The position numbers were made by a program, and so were the translations under genes. A stretch of DNA of 64,000 nt from Chloroflexota bacterium (lineage in GTDB: Bacteria > Chloroflexota > Dehalococcoidia > UBA2979): NCBI GenBank assembly GCA_027593235.1, contig JAQCIU010000005.1:70129-134128 (forward strand), read 5' to 3'. How positions within the stretch are numbered: position 1 is the first letter of the stretch; each line of letters starts with the position of its first letter. The notes under the pieces were generated by a model. That model ran no database searches. It saw nothing but the letters and a program-made list of their open reading frames with translations, and was not told the origin of the DNA. This document shows, piece by piece, positions 39,268 to 49,613 of this stretch.

Positions 39268-41484
39268 CTAGCGCCCCGAGATCTTCTTCCGCTTGTGCTG
39301 GACGTAATCCACCAGGATGTACTCACCAAGCTGATCCGGCGTCGTGTAGAACACACGTCCGCCGTTGATTTTCGCTAGCTGGTTCACGAACTCCTTGAGG
39401 TAGTAGTTCCGATCCAGCATGAACGTGTTGATCGTGATCTCTTGTTGCGTCACCCGCTTCACGGCCTTCAGCGTTTCGCGAATCGTGATCGGGCTCGGCG
39501 GGTACGCGAACTGCGACCGACCGTTTTCCAGATGCGCGGTTGGCTCGCCGTCCGAGATCATCAGGATCTGGCGTGTCCCACCGCGATGCTTGGCCAGTAG
39601 CCGCTCCGCGATCATCAGCGCGTGGTGCATGTTCGTGCCCAGCACGGACTCGTCCCAGCGCACGTACGGCAGGTCCTGCGGCTTCAGCTCACGCGCGTAG
39701 GCGGAGAAGCCAATGATGTAGAGGCTGTCGCGCGGGTACTGCGCCTTGATCAGGTTCTGAAGCGCCAGCGCGACCTTCTTCGCCGCCTGAAATGAACCGC
39801 GCAGCGCCATCGACCATGACAGGTCGACCATTAGCACCGTCGCCGTCTGCGTCACCAGCTCCGAGCGGTAGATCTCGAAGTCGTCCGCGCTGAGCTTGAC
39901 GGGCGTCGAGGGCCCTTCCCGCTCGATCGCGTTCATGATGGTGCGCCGCATGTCGAGGTGGAACGGGTCGCCGAACTCGTACGGCTTCGTCTCATCGAGG
40001 CGCTCGCCGTGGCGGCCGGACTGCGGCACCGGGTGGTTGCCGATCCCCTGGTTCTTGAGCTGGCGGAAGATCTCCGTCAGCGCGTTCTGGCCGATCATCC
40101 GCGTACCGCGCGGCGTGAGCTGCCACTCGTCGCCCTCTTTGCGGATGTAGCCGGCGTTCTCAAGCACCTCGAGCAGCTGCTTCAGCTCCTCGAACGTGTC
40201 GACCGCCTCGTCGCCGAGCAGCTCGCGGAGCTGGTCGATGTCGACGCCGTCCAGCTCGCCCGTGTACTGCGCGCGCTCCAGGCCGCTCTCGAGGTTGTCG
40301 ATGTTCTGCATCTCGTTCATGAGATGCATCGCCGCCTCGAGGCCAATCTCCTCTTCCCCGCGGAACGGGTAGGAGGACGGCTGGTCTCGCGAGGGGTTCA
40401 GGAAGTCGAGGTTCTGTGCCAGCTCGGACAGTTCGGATTCGAGTTCCGCGTCGCCCAGCTTGTCCGCGAGCAAACCCTGGAGCTGCTGCCGCTGGTCCGA
40501 CGGCATCGATTCCATCAGCGACTGCATCGCTTGCATCTGCGACTGCATCTGCGCGATCAGGTCATCCAGCGACTGCGGCGGGTTCTCCCCGAACATGTCG
40601 CCGTACTGCTCCATGAACTGGTCGAAGTCCGGCTCCTCGCCGCGCATGCGCTGCGCGAGCATGTCGTTCAGGTCGCGGACCATGTCCTTCATGCGCTCCA
40701 TGTCGCCTTCGGACATCTCGTCGACCATCTTCGAGACGTCGTTGAAGAACGACTCGGTCATCGCCTGGCGGAGTTGTTCCACCAGCTCCTGGTAGCGGTG
40801 CTGCGCGTCCGGGTTCAGGAACTCGTAGTTCTGCAGTTCCTTCATCTGGCCGGCCGGATCGCCGGGCAACTGATCGAGGAAGTCCTGCTTCCGTTGCGCG
40901 ATCCGCTCCAGCATCTGCTGGAACTGCTCCTCGTCGGACGGACCGGACTCGCCGCCTGCTTGCCCGGCCTCGCCGCGCTCGCCCTGCTGCCCCTGCTGAC
41001 CGGGCTGGCGCTGCCCGCCCATCTGCGGCTGCCCCGAGGGCTGCTGGCCCGGTTGCTGTTGCCCGCCCGGCTGCTGCTCGCCACCTGGCTGCTGATCTCC
41101 GGGCTGCTGCTCACTACCCGACTGATCTCCGGGCTGCTGCCCGTCACCGTCGTCCGGCTCACCCAGCCGCTCACGCAACGTGTCGCGCTCCAGGTCGAGG
41201 ATCTCCTCGAGCTGCTTGCGGATGTCGTCCATCACCCCGCCCATGTCGAAGCGGTCGAGGCGTTCGCGGCGTTGCTGTCGGAGCTGCTGTAGCAAGTCCC
41301 GCAGACCCTGCATCCGGCCCTGCTGAGGCGTGCGCATCCCGCGCTGCATCAGGTTCCGCAGCGCGTGCTGCAGGTCCCCGAAGTTCATCAGGTCATCGGA
41401 CAGCGCATCCAGAATCTGATCCGCGTCGAGCCCGGGAATCTCCTGCGTGCCGTCCCATTCGCTGTACCGGTATCGCATCGCCAT
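39268..41484 (-). CDS. VWA domain protein (partner of the AAA+ ATPase)
   Basis: YRYSEWDGTQ, MIDAS motif DLSWSM, TNMHH and SDGEPT; contains a QQPG low-complexity insert. Confidence 0.88.
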   Translation of the reverse strand: MAMRYRYSEWDGTQEIPGLDADQILDALSDDLMNFGDLQHALRNLMQRGMRTPQQGRMQGLRDLLQQLRQQRRERLDRFDMGGVMDDIRKQLEEILDLERDTLRERLGEPDDGDGQQPGDQSGSEQQPGDQQPGGEQQPGGQQQPGQQPSGQPQMGGQRQPGQQGQQGERGEAGQAGGESGPSDEEQFQQMLERIAQRKQDFLDQLPGDPAGQMKELQNYEFLNPDAQHRYQELVEQLRQAMTESFFNDVSKMVDEMSEGDMERMKDMVRDLNDMLAQRMRGEEPDFDQFMEQYGDMFGENPPQSLDDLIAQMQSQMQAMQSLMESMPSDQRQQLQGLLADKLGDAELESELSELAQNLDFLNPSRDQPSSYPFRGEEEIGLEAAMHLMNEMQNIDNLESGLERAQYTGELDGVDIDQLRELLGDEAVDTFEELKQLLEVLENAGYIRKEGDEWQLTPRGTRMIGQNALTEIFRQLKNQGIGNHPVPQSGRHGERLDETKPYEFGDPFHLDMRRTIMNAIEREGPSTPVKLSADDFEIYRSELVTQTATVLMVDLSWSMALRGSFQAAKKVALALQNLIKAQYPRDSLYIIGFSAYARELKPQDLPYVRWDESVLGTNMHHALMIAERLLAKHRGGTRQILMISDGEPTAHLENGRSQFAYPPSPITIRETLKAVKRVTQQEITINTFMLDRNYYLKEFVNQLAKINGGRVFYTTPDQLGEYILVDYVQHKRKKISGR

Positions 41485-41524
41485 GGCGGGCTCCCGTTCG
41501 CGCGTCTCGACTCCGTTGCGCGAA

Positions 41525-42934
41525 CTACCCCCGGTAGAGCGAGCGACCGGAACCGCTGAGCGAGTCCTTGTTCAGGCGCTTGTTGAGGTGCAGGCCTTCC
41601 AGCACGAACTCCGCGGCTGAAGCCAGCACGGCCGGTCGCGAGTCCTCGCCGACCAACTCGCGCACCGCGACTTCCAGGCCGTCGACCTGCTTCAGCAGTC
41701 GGAGGTAGTCCGCCACCGGCTGCGCCTCGCCGGTCTCCACGGAGATGCCGGACTTGAACGCCTCGATCACAGGCTCGACTGTTGCGTCGGCACAGATGCG
41801 ATTGAATACCGACACCACGGCGCCGTGAATCAACCGCTCGATGATCTGCTGGTCCTTGCCGTCCTCGACCGTCTCCAGTTCCACCTTGCCCTGCAGCGCC
41901 GGGATCACGAACGGCAGGTCGGACACACGCGGCACCACCTCGGTCTCGCCAAGGCGGATCGCCCGCCGGAGCGCGTTGGCCAGCATCGCCTCGTAGTTCG
42001 CCACCGAGGCGCGGACCGAAACTCCGGAGCGCTGGTTCACGTCGGGCGAGCGCCGCGCCAGGCGGGTGATCTCGGCGACCACCTCTTTCATGTACTCCGG
42101 CACAACCACCTCGAAGCCGTCGGCCTCGTAGTAGTTGCCCTCCTGCTCCATGATCGCGACTTCGTGCTCAATGCTCTCCGGATAGTGGGTGCGGATCTGC
42201 GACCCGTAGCGGTCCTTCAGCGGGGTGATGATCCGTCCGCGGTTGGTGTAGTCCTCCGGGTTCGCGGTCGCGACGATCAGTACGTCCAGCGGCAGCCGCA
42301 CCTTGTGACCGCGGATCTGGACATCGCGCTCTTCCATGGCGTTCAGCAGGCCGACCTGGATGCGCTCCGCCAGGTCCGGCAACTCGTTGATCGCGAAGAT
42401 GCCGCGGTTGGTGTGCGGGATCAGTCCGTAGTGAATCGTCATCGCGTCCGACAGGTAGCGGCCCTCGGCGACCTTGATCGGGTCCACCTCGCCGATCAGG
42501 TCCGCGATCGTGATGTCCGGCGTCGCCAGCTTCTCTCCGTAGCGGTCGCTGCGGTGCATCCAGGTGATCGGAGTCGCGTCACCCTGCGTCGCCACCAACT
42601 CCAGCCCCTGCGGGGTGATCGGCGCGAACGGGTTCTCCGGAATCTCGCAGCCGGCCAACACCGGCGTCCACTCGTCGAGCAACGAGGTGAGGCTGCGGAT
42701 GATCCGCGACTTCGCCTGACCACGCTCGCCGAGGAGGATGATGTCCTGCCCGGAAAGAATCGCGTTCTGAAGCTGCGGGATCACGGTCTCGTCGTAGCCA
42801 ACCACGCCCGGGAACAGATCTTCTCCGGACCTCAGCTTGGCAATCAGGTTCGTCCGCAACTCTTCGCGGACTGGGCGGACGGTGACGCCCGCTGCCTTCA
42901 ATTCACCAAGTGTCGCTGCTCGCTCGTTCGCCAC
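41525..42934 (-). CDS. ChlI/MoxR-like AAA+ ATPase
   Basis: GERGQAKS, INELPDL and ANPEDYTNRG. Confidence 0.88.
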   Translation of the reverse strand: MANERAATLGELKAAGVTVRPVREELRTNLIAKLRSGEDLFPGVVGYDETVIPQLQNAILSGQDIILLGERGQAKSRIIRSLTSLLDEWTPVLAGCEIPENPFAPITPQGLELVATQGDATPITWMHRSDRYGEKLATPDITIADLIGEVDPIKVAEGRYLSDAMTIHYGLIPHTNRGIFAINELPDLAERIQVGLLNAMEERDVQIRGHKVRLPLDVLIVATANPEDYTNRGRIITPLKDRYGSQIRTHYPESIEHEVAIMEQEGNYYEADGFEVVVPEYMKEVVAEITRLARRSPDVNQRSGVSVRASVANYEAMLANALRRAIRLGETEVVPRVSDLPFVIPALQGKVELETVEDGKDQQIIERLIHGAVVSVFNRICADATVEPVIEAFKSGISVETGEAQPVADYLRLLKQVDGLEVAVRELVGEDSRPAVLASAAEFVLEGLHLNKRLNKDSLSGSGRSLYRG

Positions 42935-43120
42935 GTCTAGGCTCCTCTGCTGCGGGTCGCCGGGTGGGAGAGCGCTTCCGGCGGACTACGTCCGATGGCG
43001 GCGGGGGCTGATTGGATGTGAAGCGCGGCTCGGCGCCGCCGCCGGGCCACCGCTGCGTCAGGGTGGTTGCAGTATACGTACGGCTACCCAAACGACGTTT
43101 GCCGGGGTCCGCCGCACACC

Positions 43121-43150
43121 AAAACGGCCCCACCTCTCGGTGGGGCCGTT
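43121..43150 (-). terminator. Rho-independent terminator after the XRE gene
   Basis: 12-bp stem AACGGCCCCACC / GGTGGGGCCGTT with a 4-nt loop, ending in TTTT on the minus strand. Confidence 0.75.
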
Positions 43151-43177
43151 CGCGACCAGTTCGCATTGGAGCGGCGG

Positions 43178-43513
43178 CTAGCCGGCGGCTTCGCCGTTCG
43201 CTACCCGAGGGAACTCGGGACGCAGCACGAGCTGCGTCACTGCCTTGCCGAGCGCCGAATCGCGCACCACGATCACCTCGGGCACGTCCAGCACGTCGCC
43301 CAGGCTCACGTTGAGCGCGCCGGTCACACCCAGAAACGTGGACAGTGGCATGTCCCGCTTGCCGTTCTCGTAGTTGGACAACGAGGCCTGCGTAATGCCG
43401 GCGCTCCGGGCTACATCGGCCTGCGACAGTTCGCGGCGAAGTCGCCATTCTCGGATGCGCTGGCCAACGGCTCTCCGCTGCACCTGAGTCTCCGGTGCAA
43501 TCTCAGTCACCAT
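43178..43513 (-). CDS. XRE-family HTH transcriptional regulator
   Basis: RIREWR...LSQADVA...ITQASLSNYENGKR. Start placed at ATG 43513, after GAGGAAGG. Confidence 0.88.
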   Translation of the reverse strand: MVTEIAPETQVQRRAVGQRIREWRLRRELSQADVARSAGITQASLSNYENGKRDMPLSTFLGVTGALNVSLGDVLDVPEVIVVRDSALGKAVTQLVLRPEFPRVANGEAAG

Positions 43514-43746
43514 AACCGTTCGACCTTCCTCATCGCGGCCCGCAGTAATGCGTCCCGCGACCTTGTTTGTGCTTCCAGGCACAATTCATGATGGACGTGA
43601 AGACCGCCGGCGGCAAGCGGAAACGGTCACGATTTCGTTAAGCGTTGATGAACTGAGCGGCCGGCAATCGTTGCCATGCCTGGATCAGGCAGCCCCCTGG
43701 GGTGCCGAGCGGTCCAAAAGCCAGAAGATCAAAGATAGGGACAGTG

Positions 43747-44550
43747 TTACTCGACGATCTCGAGCACAACGTCCGTTCCCGTTTCCAACAGCCACGGCCA
43801 GCCATCCACCGCGCTGTAGAAGAAGATGTCGCGGTGCAACCCGTGCACGGCGCTGCCGGTGTCATGACAGGTGTAGATGCGATCCGTCGGGTCGCCGGCG
43901 ATCCGGAACCGCTGGCCCAGGTACTCCACGTCGCAGGCCGCAGCACCCTCGTACACAACCGTCCCGTCGCGCATCGGCCCACAGAAACCGCCGCCGTCGC
44001 CGCCGTCTGAGCTGTCGCCCTGTTCGCAGTAGTAAAAGCTGACCGTCGCCTGCGTGAGATCGCCCGGCCCAAGTCGCGGTGTTGCCTCGGCGCTCGCCGC
44101 CACCACGATCGGCGGCTGGTCGCCGCTACCGAGGCGTTCCTCGATCGAGAGTGGGAGCGGGCTCCCCTGCTGTCGCGCCGCGCTCGCGCGGTGCCGCGCG
44201 GACGCCAGCGGCGTGTTCAAGAGCCGCGCCACCTCGCTCGGCGGACCGGCATCGAGGTCGTTCGAGCCGCTTGTCGGCCTGCTGGTCGTGGCTGCCACCG
44301 GCTCCGGCCCGGCGAGCGGACCAGCAGGTGACGTGGATGAGGAGGTGCGCTGGGCCAACGCCTGCGACAGACCGGTATCGGCTGCCGCCTCCGCACGATC
44401 ACGTGTCAGCGCCTCGCCGTGCCCCGGGCTCGTCGCACCGAATGTGGCCACCGCGATCGACAGGCATCCGAGGGCAAGCGATCCTGCCGCCGCCCGGCGT
44501 ACCGCACGCGCCACTGATCGGCGCAGCCGCTGATAAGGAGTTCCCCGCAC
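43747..44550 (-). CDS. Secreted protein with a C-terminal 3D/DPBB-like domain
   Basis: Arg-rich plus hydrophobic signal peptide; C-terminal SFYYC...AAACD...CHDTGSAV...RDIFF. Start is uncertain. Confidence 0.6.
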   Translation of the reverse strand: MRGTPYQRLRRSVARAVRRAAAGSLALGCLSIAVATFGATSPGHGEALTRDRAEAAADTGLSQALAQRTSSSTSPAGPLAGPEPVAATTSRPTSGSNDLDAGPPSEVARLLNTPLASARHRASAARQQGSPLPLSIEERLGSGDQPPIVVAASAEATPRLGPGDLTQATVSFYYCEQGDSSDGGDGGGFCGPMRDGTVVYEGAAACDVEYLGQRFRIAGDPTDRIYTCHDTGSAVHGLHRDIFFYSAVDGWPWLLETGTDVVLEIVE

Positions 44551-44681
44551 GTTCGGCAGTATCGCAGCGCGGCACCGATTCGTGTACCCGGGGTTTCCCC
44601 AGGGATATCAACAGCGGCCATCACGCCCGAAATAGTGCCTCGCGACGCGCCCGCGACGCTTCGGCAGCCCAGCGCCCCTCG

Positions 44682-46028
44682 CTACGAAAGTAGCCCTTCG
44701 GCACGGAGATCGCCGACCGCTGCCCGGAACGCCTCGATCGTGTCCGCGATCTCCGCTTCACCGTGGGCGGACGACACCATCCCGCCGTTTCCCATCAGAT
44801 CCACGCCGTGATTGAAGAGCGTCCAGCGCAGCGGCCGCATCAGCCCGGTTGCCACCCCGGTCGGGGCCACCTCGGCGTCCCACTCGACGCCCGTGGGTGC
44901 GGGCGAATCCGCCCCGAGGTTGAAGTGCCACATGCTGGAGACCGCCCAGGCCGATCCGGGCACGGACTCCGCGCGAAACAGATCGTTCAGGCCGCGCACG
45001 ATCCCCGCCGCCGTCGCGTCCGCCTGCCGGTTCGGCTCGCCGTCCTCGATGATCTGCAACGCCGCGAGGCCTGCCGCCGCCGAGGCCGGGTTCGCGTTGA
45101 ACGTCCCCTGGTGGCTCACCCGGCGCTTGCTGTTCCAGTCCGGATCGCCCTCGCGCATTTCGAGCATGCTGACGATCTCTGACGTTCCGGTCACACAGCC
45201 GCCCGGAAGGCCACCGGCGAGGATCTTCGCGTGGGTGGAAAGATCCGGCATCACGCCGGCGTGCTCCTGGGCACCGCCCGGGGCCATCCGGAATCCGGTG
45301 ATCACCTCGTCCATCACCATCAGCGTCCCGGCCTCGCGGGTGATCCGTCGCACCTCGTGCAGGTAGCTCGCCGGCAACGGCTCGGTCCCCCAGTGCGCGC
45401 CGGTCGGCTCCAGGATGACCGCCGCCACATCGCGACCGGACAGCGCCTCGGCCAGTGCGTCCACGTCCCCCTGCGGCACGATCGTCAGCGCGTCGTAGAA
45501 TCCATCCGGGACCCCGATCGAATGTGGGTGCGCGTCATCCGGTCCCAGCCGGCCCACCACCAGGTCATGCCAGCCGTGGAAGTGATCCTCCAGCGTCACG
45601 ATCCGGTCGCGACCCGTGTACGCGCGCGCCAGGCGCAGCGCCATCATCGTCGCCTCGGTCCCGGAGCTGGTGAAGCGCACCCGCTCGCCGCAGGGCACCA
45701 TCTTCAGCACCTGCTCGCCCCACGCGATCTCCAGATCGTGTGACGAACCAAAATGCGTGCCGCGGGCCAGGGCGCCCCGCACCGCGTCCAGCACCTCCGG
45801 CCGGTTGTGCCCCAGCAGCAGCGCACCGTGGCCGCCGATGTAATCGACGATCTCGTTGCCGTCGACGTCCCACTTCCGGCCGCCCGCCGCCCGGTCCACG
45901 TAGATCGGGAACGGCTCGAACGCCCGTGCGTCGTGCGTCACTCCGGACGGGAAGACCGAGGCAGCGCGTTTCGCCATCGATTTGGAGGTTGGGTGCAGCG
46001 CCTCAAAGGTCTCGAGGATGGAAGGCAT
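44682..46028 (-). CDS. Class III aminotransferase (HemL-like paralog)
   Basis: [27 protein letters not shown] and GTFNAN. Confidence 0.88.
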   Translation of the reverse strand: MPSILETFEALHPTSKSMAKRAASVFPSGVTHDARAFEPFPIYVDRAAGGRKWDVDGNEIVDYIGGHGALLLGHNRPEVLDAVRGALARGTHFGSSHDLEIAWGEQVLKMVPCGERVRFTSSGTEATMMALRLARAYTGRDRIVTLEDHFHGWHDLVVGRLGPDDAHPHSIGVPDGFYDALTIVPQGDVDALAEALSGRDVAAVILEPTGAHWGTEPLPASYLHEVRRITREAGTLMVMDEVITGFRMAPGGAQEHAGVMPDLSTHAKILAGGLPGGCVTGTSEIVSMLEMREGDPDWNSKRRVSHQGTFNANPASAAAGLAALQIIEDGEPNRQADATAAGIVRGLNDLFRAESVPGSAWAVSSMWHFNLGADSPAPTGVEWDAEVAPTGVATGLMRPLRWTLFNHGVDLMGNGGMVSSAHGEAEIADTIEAFRAAVGDLRAEGLLS

Positions 46029-46178
46029 GACGATCCGCCGTTTCTCTCTGTCAGCACGGGGTCTTCGCAGTCTCGCCCTCCCGCCGAGGCGCGACAAGTC
46101 ACAGCGGTCCGTCGTGCCAATTTCCCCGTGCTACGCTCGCAAAACGGGTGATCCGATTAGGGTGACGCGAGGGATGTC

Positions 46179-46460
46179 ATGGCGGATCGGTTAGACGATA
46201 CGGCCGTCATCGATGCCCTGGCCGAACTGCCCGGATGGAGTCGCCACGGTGACTCGATCGTTCGTGAATTCGAGTTCGCCGATTTCATCGATGCTGTCGG
46301 GTTCATGGCGAAGGTCGGCGCCCTCGCCGAGCGTGCGAACCACCACCCCGAACTCAGTAACGTGTACAACCGAGTGCGAATCGCGCTCTCCACTCACGAC
46401 GCGGGCGGCATCACCGAACGGGATCTGTCGCTCGCCCGCGAAATCACCGAGCGCGTATAG
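46179..46460 (+). CDS. phhB: Pterin-4-alpha-carbinolamine dehydratase
   Basis: NHHPE and THDAGGITERD. Confidence 0.9.
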   Translation: MADRLDDTAVIDALAELPGWSRHGDSIVREFEFADFIDAVGFMAKVGALAERANHHPELSNVYNRVRIALSTHDAGGITERDLSLAREITERV

Positions 46461-46483
46461 CGTTCCGAATTGGAGATCACCGG

Positions 46484-47050
46484 ATGCTCGTCCCCCTGAT
46501 CGTGGTCGTCGTGCTCCTCGTCGTCATCGGCGGCTATCTGGCCACGACGTACAACAAGCTCGTCGGCCTGCGGAACCGCGTTGAGACCGCCTGGTCTCAG
46601 ATCGACGTCCAGCTCAAGCGCCGCTACGACCTGATCCCCAACCTCGTCGAGACCGTCCGCGGCTACGCCTCGCACGAGCGCGAAACCCTCGAGGGCGTCA
46701 TCCAGGCCCGCCAGCAGGCGATCGCCGCGCCCAACGTCGAACAGCGCGCACAGGCCGAAAACGCCCTCACCGGCATGCTCCGCCAGCTCTTCGCCCTCTC
46801 CGAGGCCTACCCCGATCTGAAGGCAAACCAGAGCTTCCTCTCACTCCAGACCGAACTCACCCAGACCGAGGAGCAGATCGCCTTCGCGCGGCGCTACTAC
46901 AACGAGCGCGTCCTCAGCTACGACAACTCGATCGAGATGTTCCCCTCCAACATCATCGCCGGCATGTTCGGCTTCCAGCCGAAGCCCTACTTCGAGGCCG
47001 AGACCGAATCGCGCGAGCCGGTCCAGGTCGACTTCGGCACCCGGGAGTAG
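46484..47050 (+). CDS. lemA: LemA family protein
   Basis: QLKRRYDLIPNLV, EAYPDLKAN and ARRYYN. Confidence 0.95.
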   Translation: MLVPLIVVVVLLVVIGGYLATTYNKLVGLRNRVETAWSQIDVQLKRRYDLIPNLVETVRGYASHERETLEGVIQARQQAIAAPNVEQRAQAENALTGMLRQLFALSEAYPDLKANQSFLSLQTELTQTEEQIAFARRYYNERVLSYDNSIEMFPSNIIAGMFGFQPKPYFEAETESREPVQVDFGTRE

Positions 47051-47075
47051 GCGCGGGCACGTTCCAGGCCGCACC

Positions 47076-49541
47076 GTGACCACCCCCGCTCGCTCGTTCG
47101 CCGTTGCGCTCCTGCTGCTCGCCGCGGCATTCCTCGTCGCCCCGACGTTCGCTCCACCCGCTGAGGCCCAATCAAGCTTCGAGCAGATCCTCGGGTACGA
47201 CGTCACCTGGACGATCCTCGAGAACAGCGACGTCCTCGTCAGCGAGGTGATCGAGTACGACTTCGGCTCGGCCTCACGTCACGGGATCTTCCGCGACATC
47301 CCGATCCGGTTCGATGTCGGAGACACAGAGCGGGTGCTCCGCATTCACGATCTGGTTGTGACTGCTTCGCCGGGAACGCCCGATGCGATCGACACGAGCA
47401 CCGACGAGAGCTTCTTCCATATCCGCATCGGCGACCCAGAGACCACGGTCTCCGGCGTCCACACCTACCGAATCGACTACCGCATCGAAGGCAGCATGAA
47501 CGCCTTCGACGATCACGACGAGCTGTATCTGAACGCGATCGGGCCCGGCTGGACCATCCCGATCAGCAACATGACCGTCACCGCCACGGCCCCGGACGCA
47601 TTTAGCGAGGTCACCTGCTTCGCCGGGTACGTGGAGGCGGACCGTCCCTGCGACGGCGCCACGTTCGAGGGCAACACTGCTCGTTTCACGCAGCAGAGCA
47701 TCGGCGCCGACGAGGCGGTCACTCCGGTCCTGGCGTTGCCGAAGGGCGTCGTCACCGTCAGCGAGCCGATCATCGAGCCGGCCCCCTCCTTCGCCTCGAT
47801 CCTCGACGCGCAATCCAACATCGAGCGGATCCGCCAGTACGACGTGACGTGGACGATCCGCGACGACGGGGATGTGCTGGTCAGCGAGCTGATCGAGTAC
47901 GACTTCGCCGACAATCCACGCCGCGGCATCTTCCGCGACATCCCCGTCCGCTTTCACTACGACGACACCAACGACCGCCTGCTGCGAATCAAGAATGTGG
48001 CCGTCTCCGCCTCGCCCGGCGCACCGGACGATGTGAAGCTCAGCACCGAGGGCACCGCGTTCCGTATCCGCATTGGCGATCCGGACATCACGATCACCGG
48101 CGTCCACACCTACCGCATCGATTACCGCATCGAGGGCGGTATGAACGCCTTCGACGATCACAGCGAGCTGTTCCTCAACGCGGTCGGTCCCGGCTGGGAG
48201 GTGAAGATCAGCGACATCACCGTGACCGTGACTGCCCCGGCGGCGTTCACCGAGGTCACCTGCTACGCAGGCCCCGTCGGCTCCCGCAGCGCCTGCGACA
48301 GCGCGAGCAGCGAGGGCAGCACGGCGCGCTTCGCTCAACAGGAGCTGGGATACGGTCAGGCGATCACCCCAGTCGTGTCACTGCCGCTCGACGCCGTCGC
48401 GGTCCGCCCGCCAATCCTCGAAGCGCGCCGGACGTTCCAACGCGCATTCTCAATCACCCCGTTCACGATCGGCGCGATGGCGTTGGTCTTCCTCGGCGCT
48501 ATCGGCACCGTGATCCGCCTGATCTGGGTCCACGGTCGCGATCAGCGATTCGTCGGCTCGGTGGTCGATGTCGCCTTCGGATCGGACACCGGCGAGACGC
48601 AGCGCGTCCCGCTCTTCGAATCCGCTGCCGACTCCGCGATCGAGTTCGCCCCGCCTGAGGGCGCGCTTCCCGGGCAGATGGGCACGCTGGTCGACGAGGT
48701 CGCGAACCCGCTGGACGTCACCGCAACGATCATCGATCTGGCCGTGCGCCACTACCTCACCATCGAGGAGGTCGAAGGCAAGGGCTGGTTCGCGAAGGAC
48801 GACTGGCGGCTGAAGCGGCTCAAGGAAGCGGATCCCACGCTCCGCGAATACGAGCGCGAACTCCTCGACGGCCTCTTCGAGGACGGTGACGACGTGCTGC
48901 TCGCCGACCTCAAGAACAAGTTCGTGAAGCGCCTCAAGGCCGTGCAAGACGATCTCTACCGCGACGTCGTCGCGCAGGGCTGGTTCCTGCGCCGCCCGGA
49001 CCAGATCCGCAGCTCCTGGGTCGTCACGGGCATCGTCACGCTGATCGGAGGCGTCGTCCTCACGGTGCTGCTTGCGATGTTCACTACCTGGGCGCTGATC
49101 GGCATCCCCGTCGCACTCGCCGGCTTGCTCATGACGATCGGCTCGAACGCGATGCCGCGACGCTCGGCGAAGGGCACCGGCATGATGCGCCGCGTCCTCG
49201 GCTTCCAGCGGGCGATCGCGACCGCCGAGCGCGACACCGCCCGCTGGGCGGAAGAGGCCGGCGTCTTCTCCAAGTACCTGCCCTACGCGGTCGTCTTCGG
49301 CCTCACCGATCGCTGGGCGAAGGCGTTCGAGGGCCTCGATGCAGAAATCACCGGCGTCGGTTCGTGGTACGTCTCTGACCGCCCGTTCACCACACTCGCG
49401 TTCGCCTCGATGGTCGGCGACTTCTCGAAGAGCACCGCCGGCACGATCGTCTCCACGCCATCCTCCTCCGGCTCCAGCGGATTCGGCGGCGGCGGCTTCT
49501 CCGGAGGCGGCATGGGCGGCGGCGGCGGCGGCTCCTGGTAG
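47076..49541 (+). CDS. DUF2207 family membrane protein with a duplicated extracellular domain
   Basis: GIFRDIP occurs twice; LPYAVVFG; GGGGGGSW C-terminus. Confidence 0.88.
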   Translation: MTTPARSFAVALLLLAAAFLVAPTFAPPAEAQSSFEQILGYDVTWTILENSDVLVSEVIEYDFGSASRHGIFRDIPIRFDVGDTERVLRIHDLVVTASPGTPDAIDTSTDESFFHIRIGDPETTVSGVHTYRIDYRIEGSMNAFDDHDELYLNAIGPGWTIPISNMTVTATAPDAFSEVTCFAGYVEADRPCDGATFEGNTARFTQQSIGADEAVTPVLALPKGVVTVSEPIIEPAPSFASILDAQSNIERIRQYDVTWTIRDDGDVLVSELIEYDFADNPRRGIFRDIPVRFHYDDTNDRLLRIKNVAVSASPGAPDDVKLSTEGTAFRIRIGDPDITITGVHTYRIDYRIEGGMNAFDDHSELFLNAVGPGWEVKISDITVTVTAPAAFTEVTCYAGPVGSRSACDSASSEGSTARFAQQELGYGQAITPVVSLPLDAVAVRPPILEARRTFQRAFSITPFTIGAMALVFLGAIGTVIRLIWVHGRDQRFVGSVVDVAFGSDTGETQRVPLFESAADSAIEFAPPEGALPGQMGTLVDEVANPLDVTATIIDLAVRHYLTIEEVEGKGWFAKDDWRLKRLKEADPTLREYERELLDGLFEDGDDVLLADLKNKFVKRLKAVQDDLYRDVVAQGWFLRRPDQIRSSWVVTGIVTLIGGVVLTVLLAMFTTWALIGIPVALAGLLMTIGSNAMPRRSAKGTGMMRRVLGFQRAIATAERDTARWAEEAGVFSKYLPYAVVFGLTDRWAKAFEGLDAEITGVGSWYVSDRPFTTLAFASMVGDFSKSTAGTIVSTPSSSGSSGFGGGGFSGGGMGGGGGGSW

Positions 49542-49613
49542 CGACGCACCCGACCCGACCGCACACCTCACGAGGACAACAAATCAGCCAGCATCGATCG
49601 GAAGGGCACTGAC

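Noticed and set aside
43520-43600. c-di-GMP-I riboswitch (GGGACGCA on the minus strand)
   Set aside because: It lacks the GCAAAC/GAAA tetraloop arrangement and the AAAG continuation.
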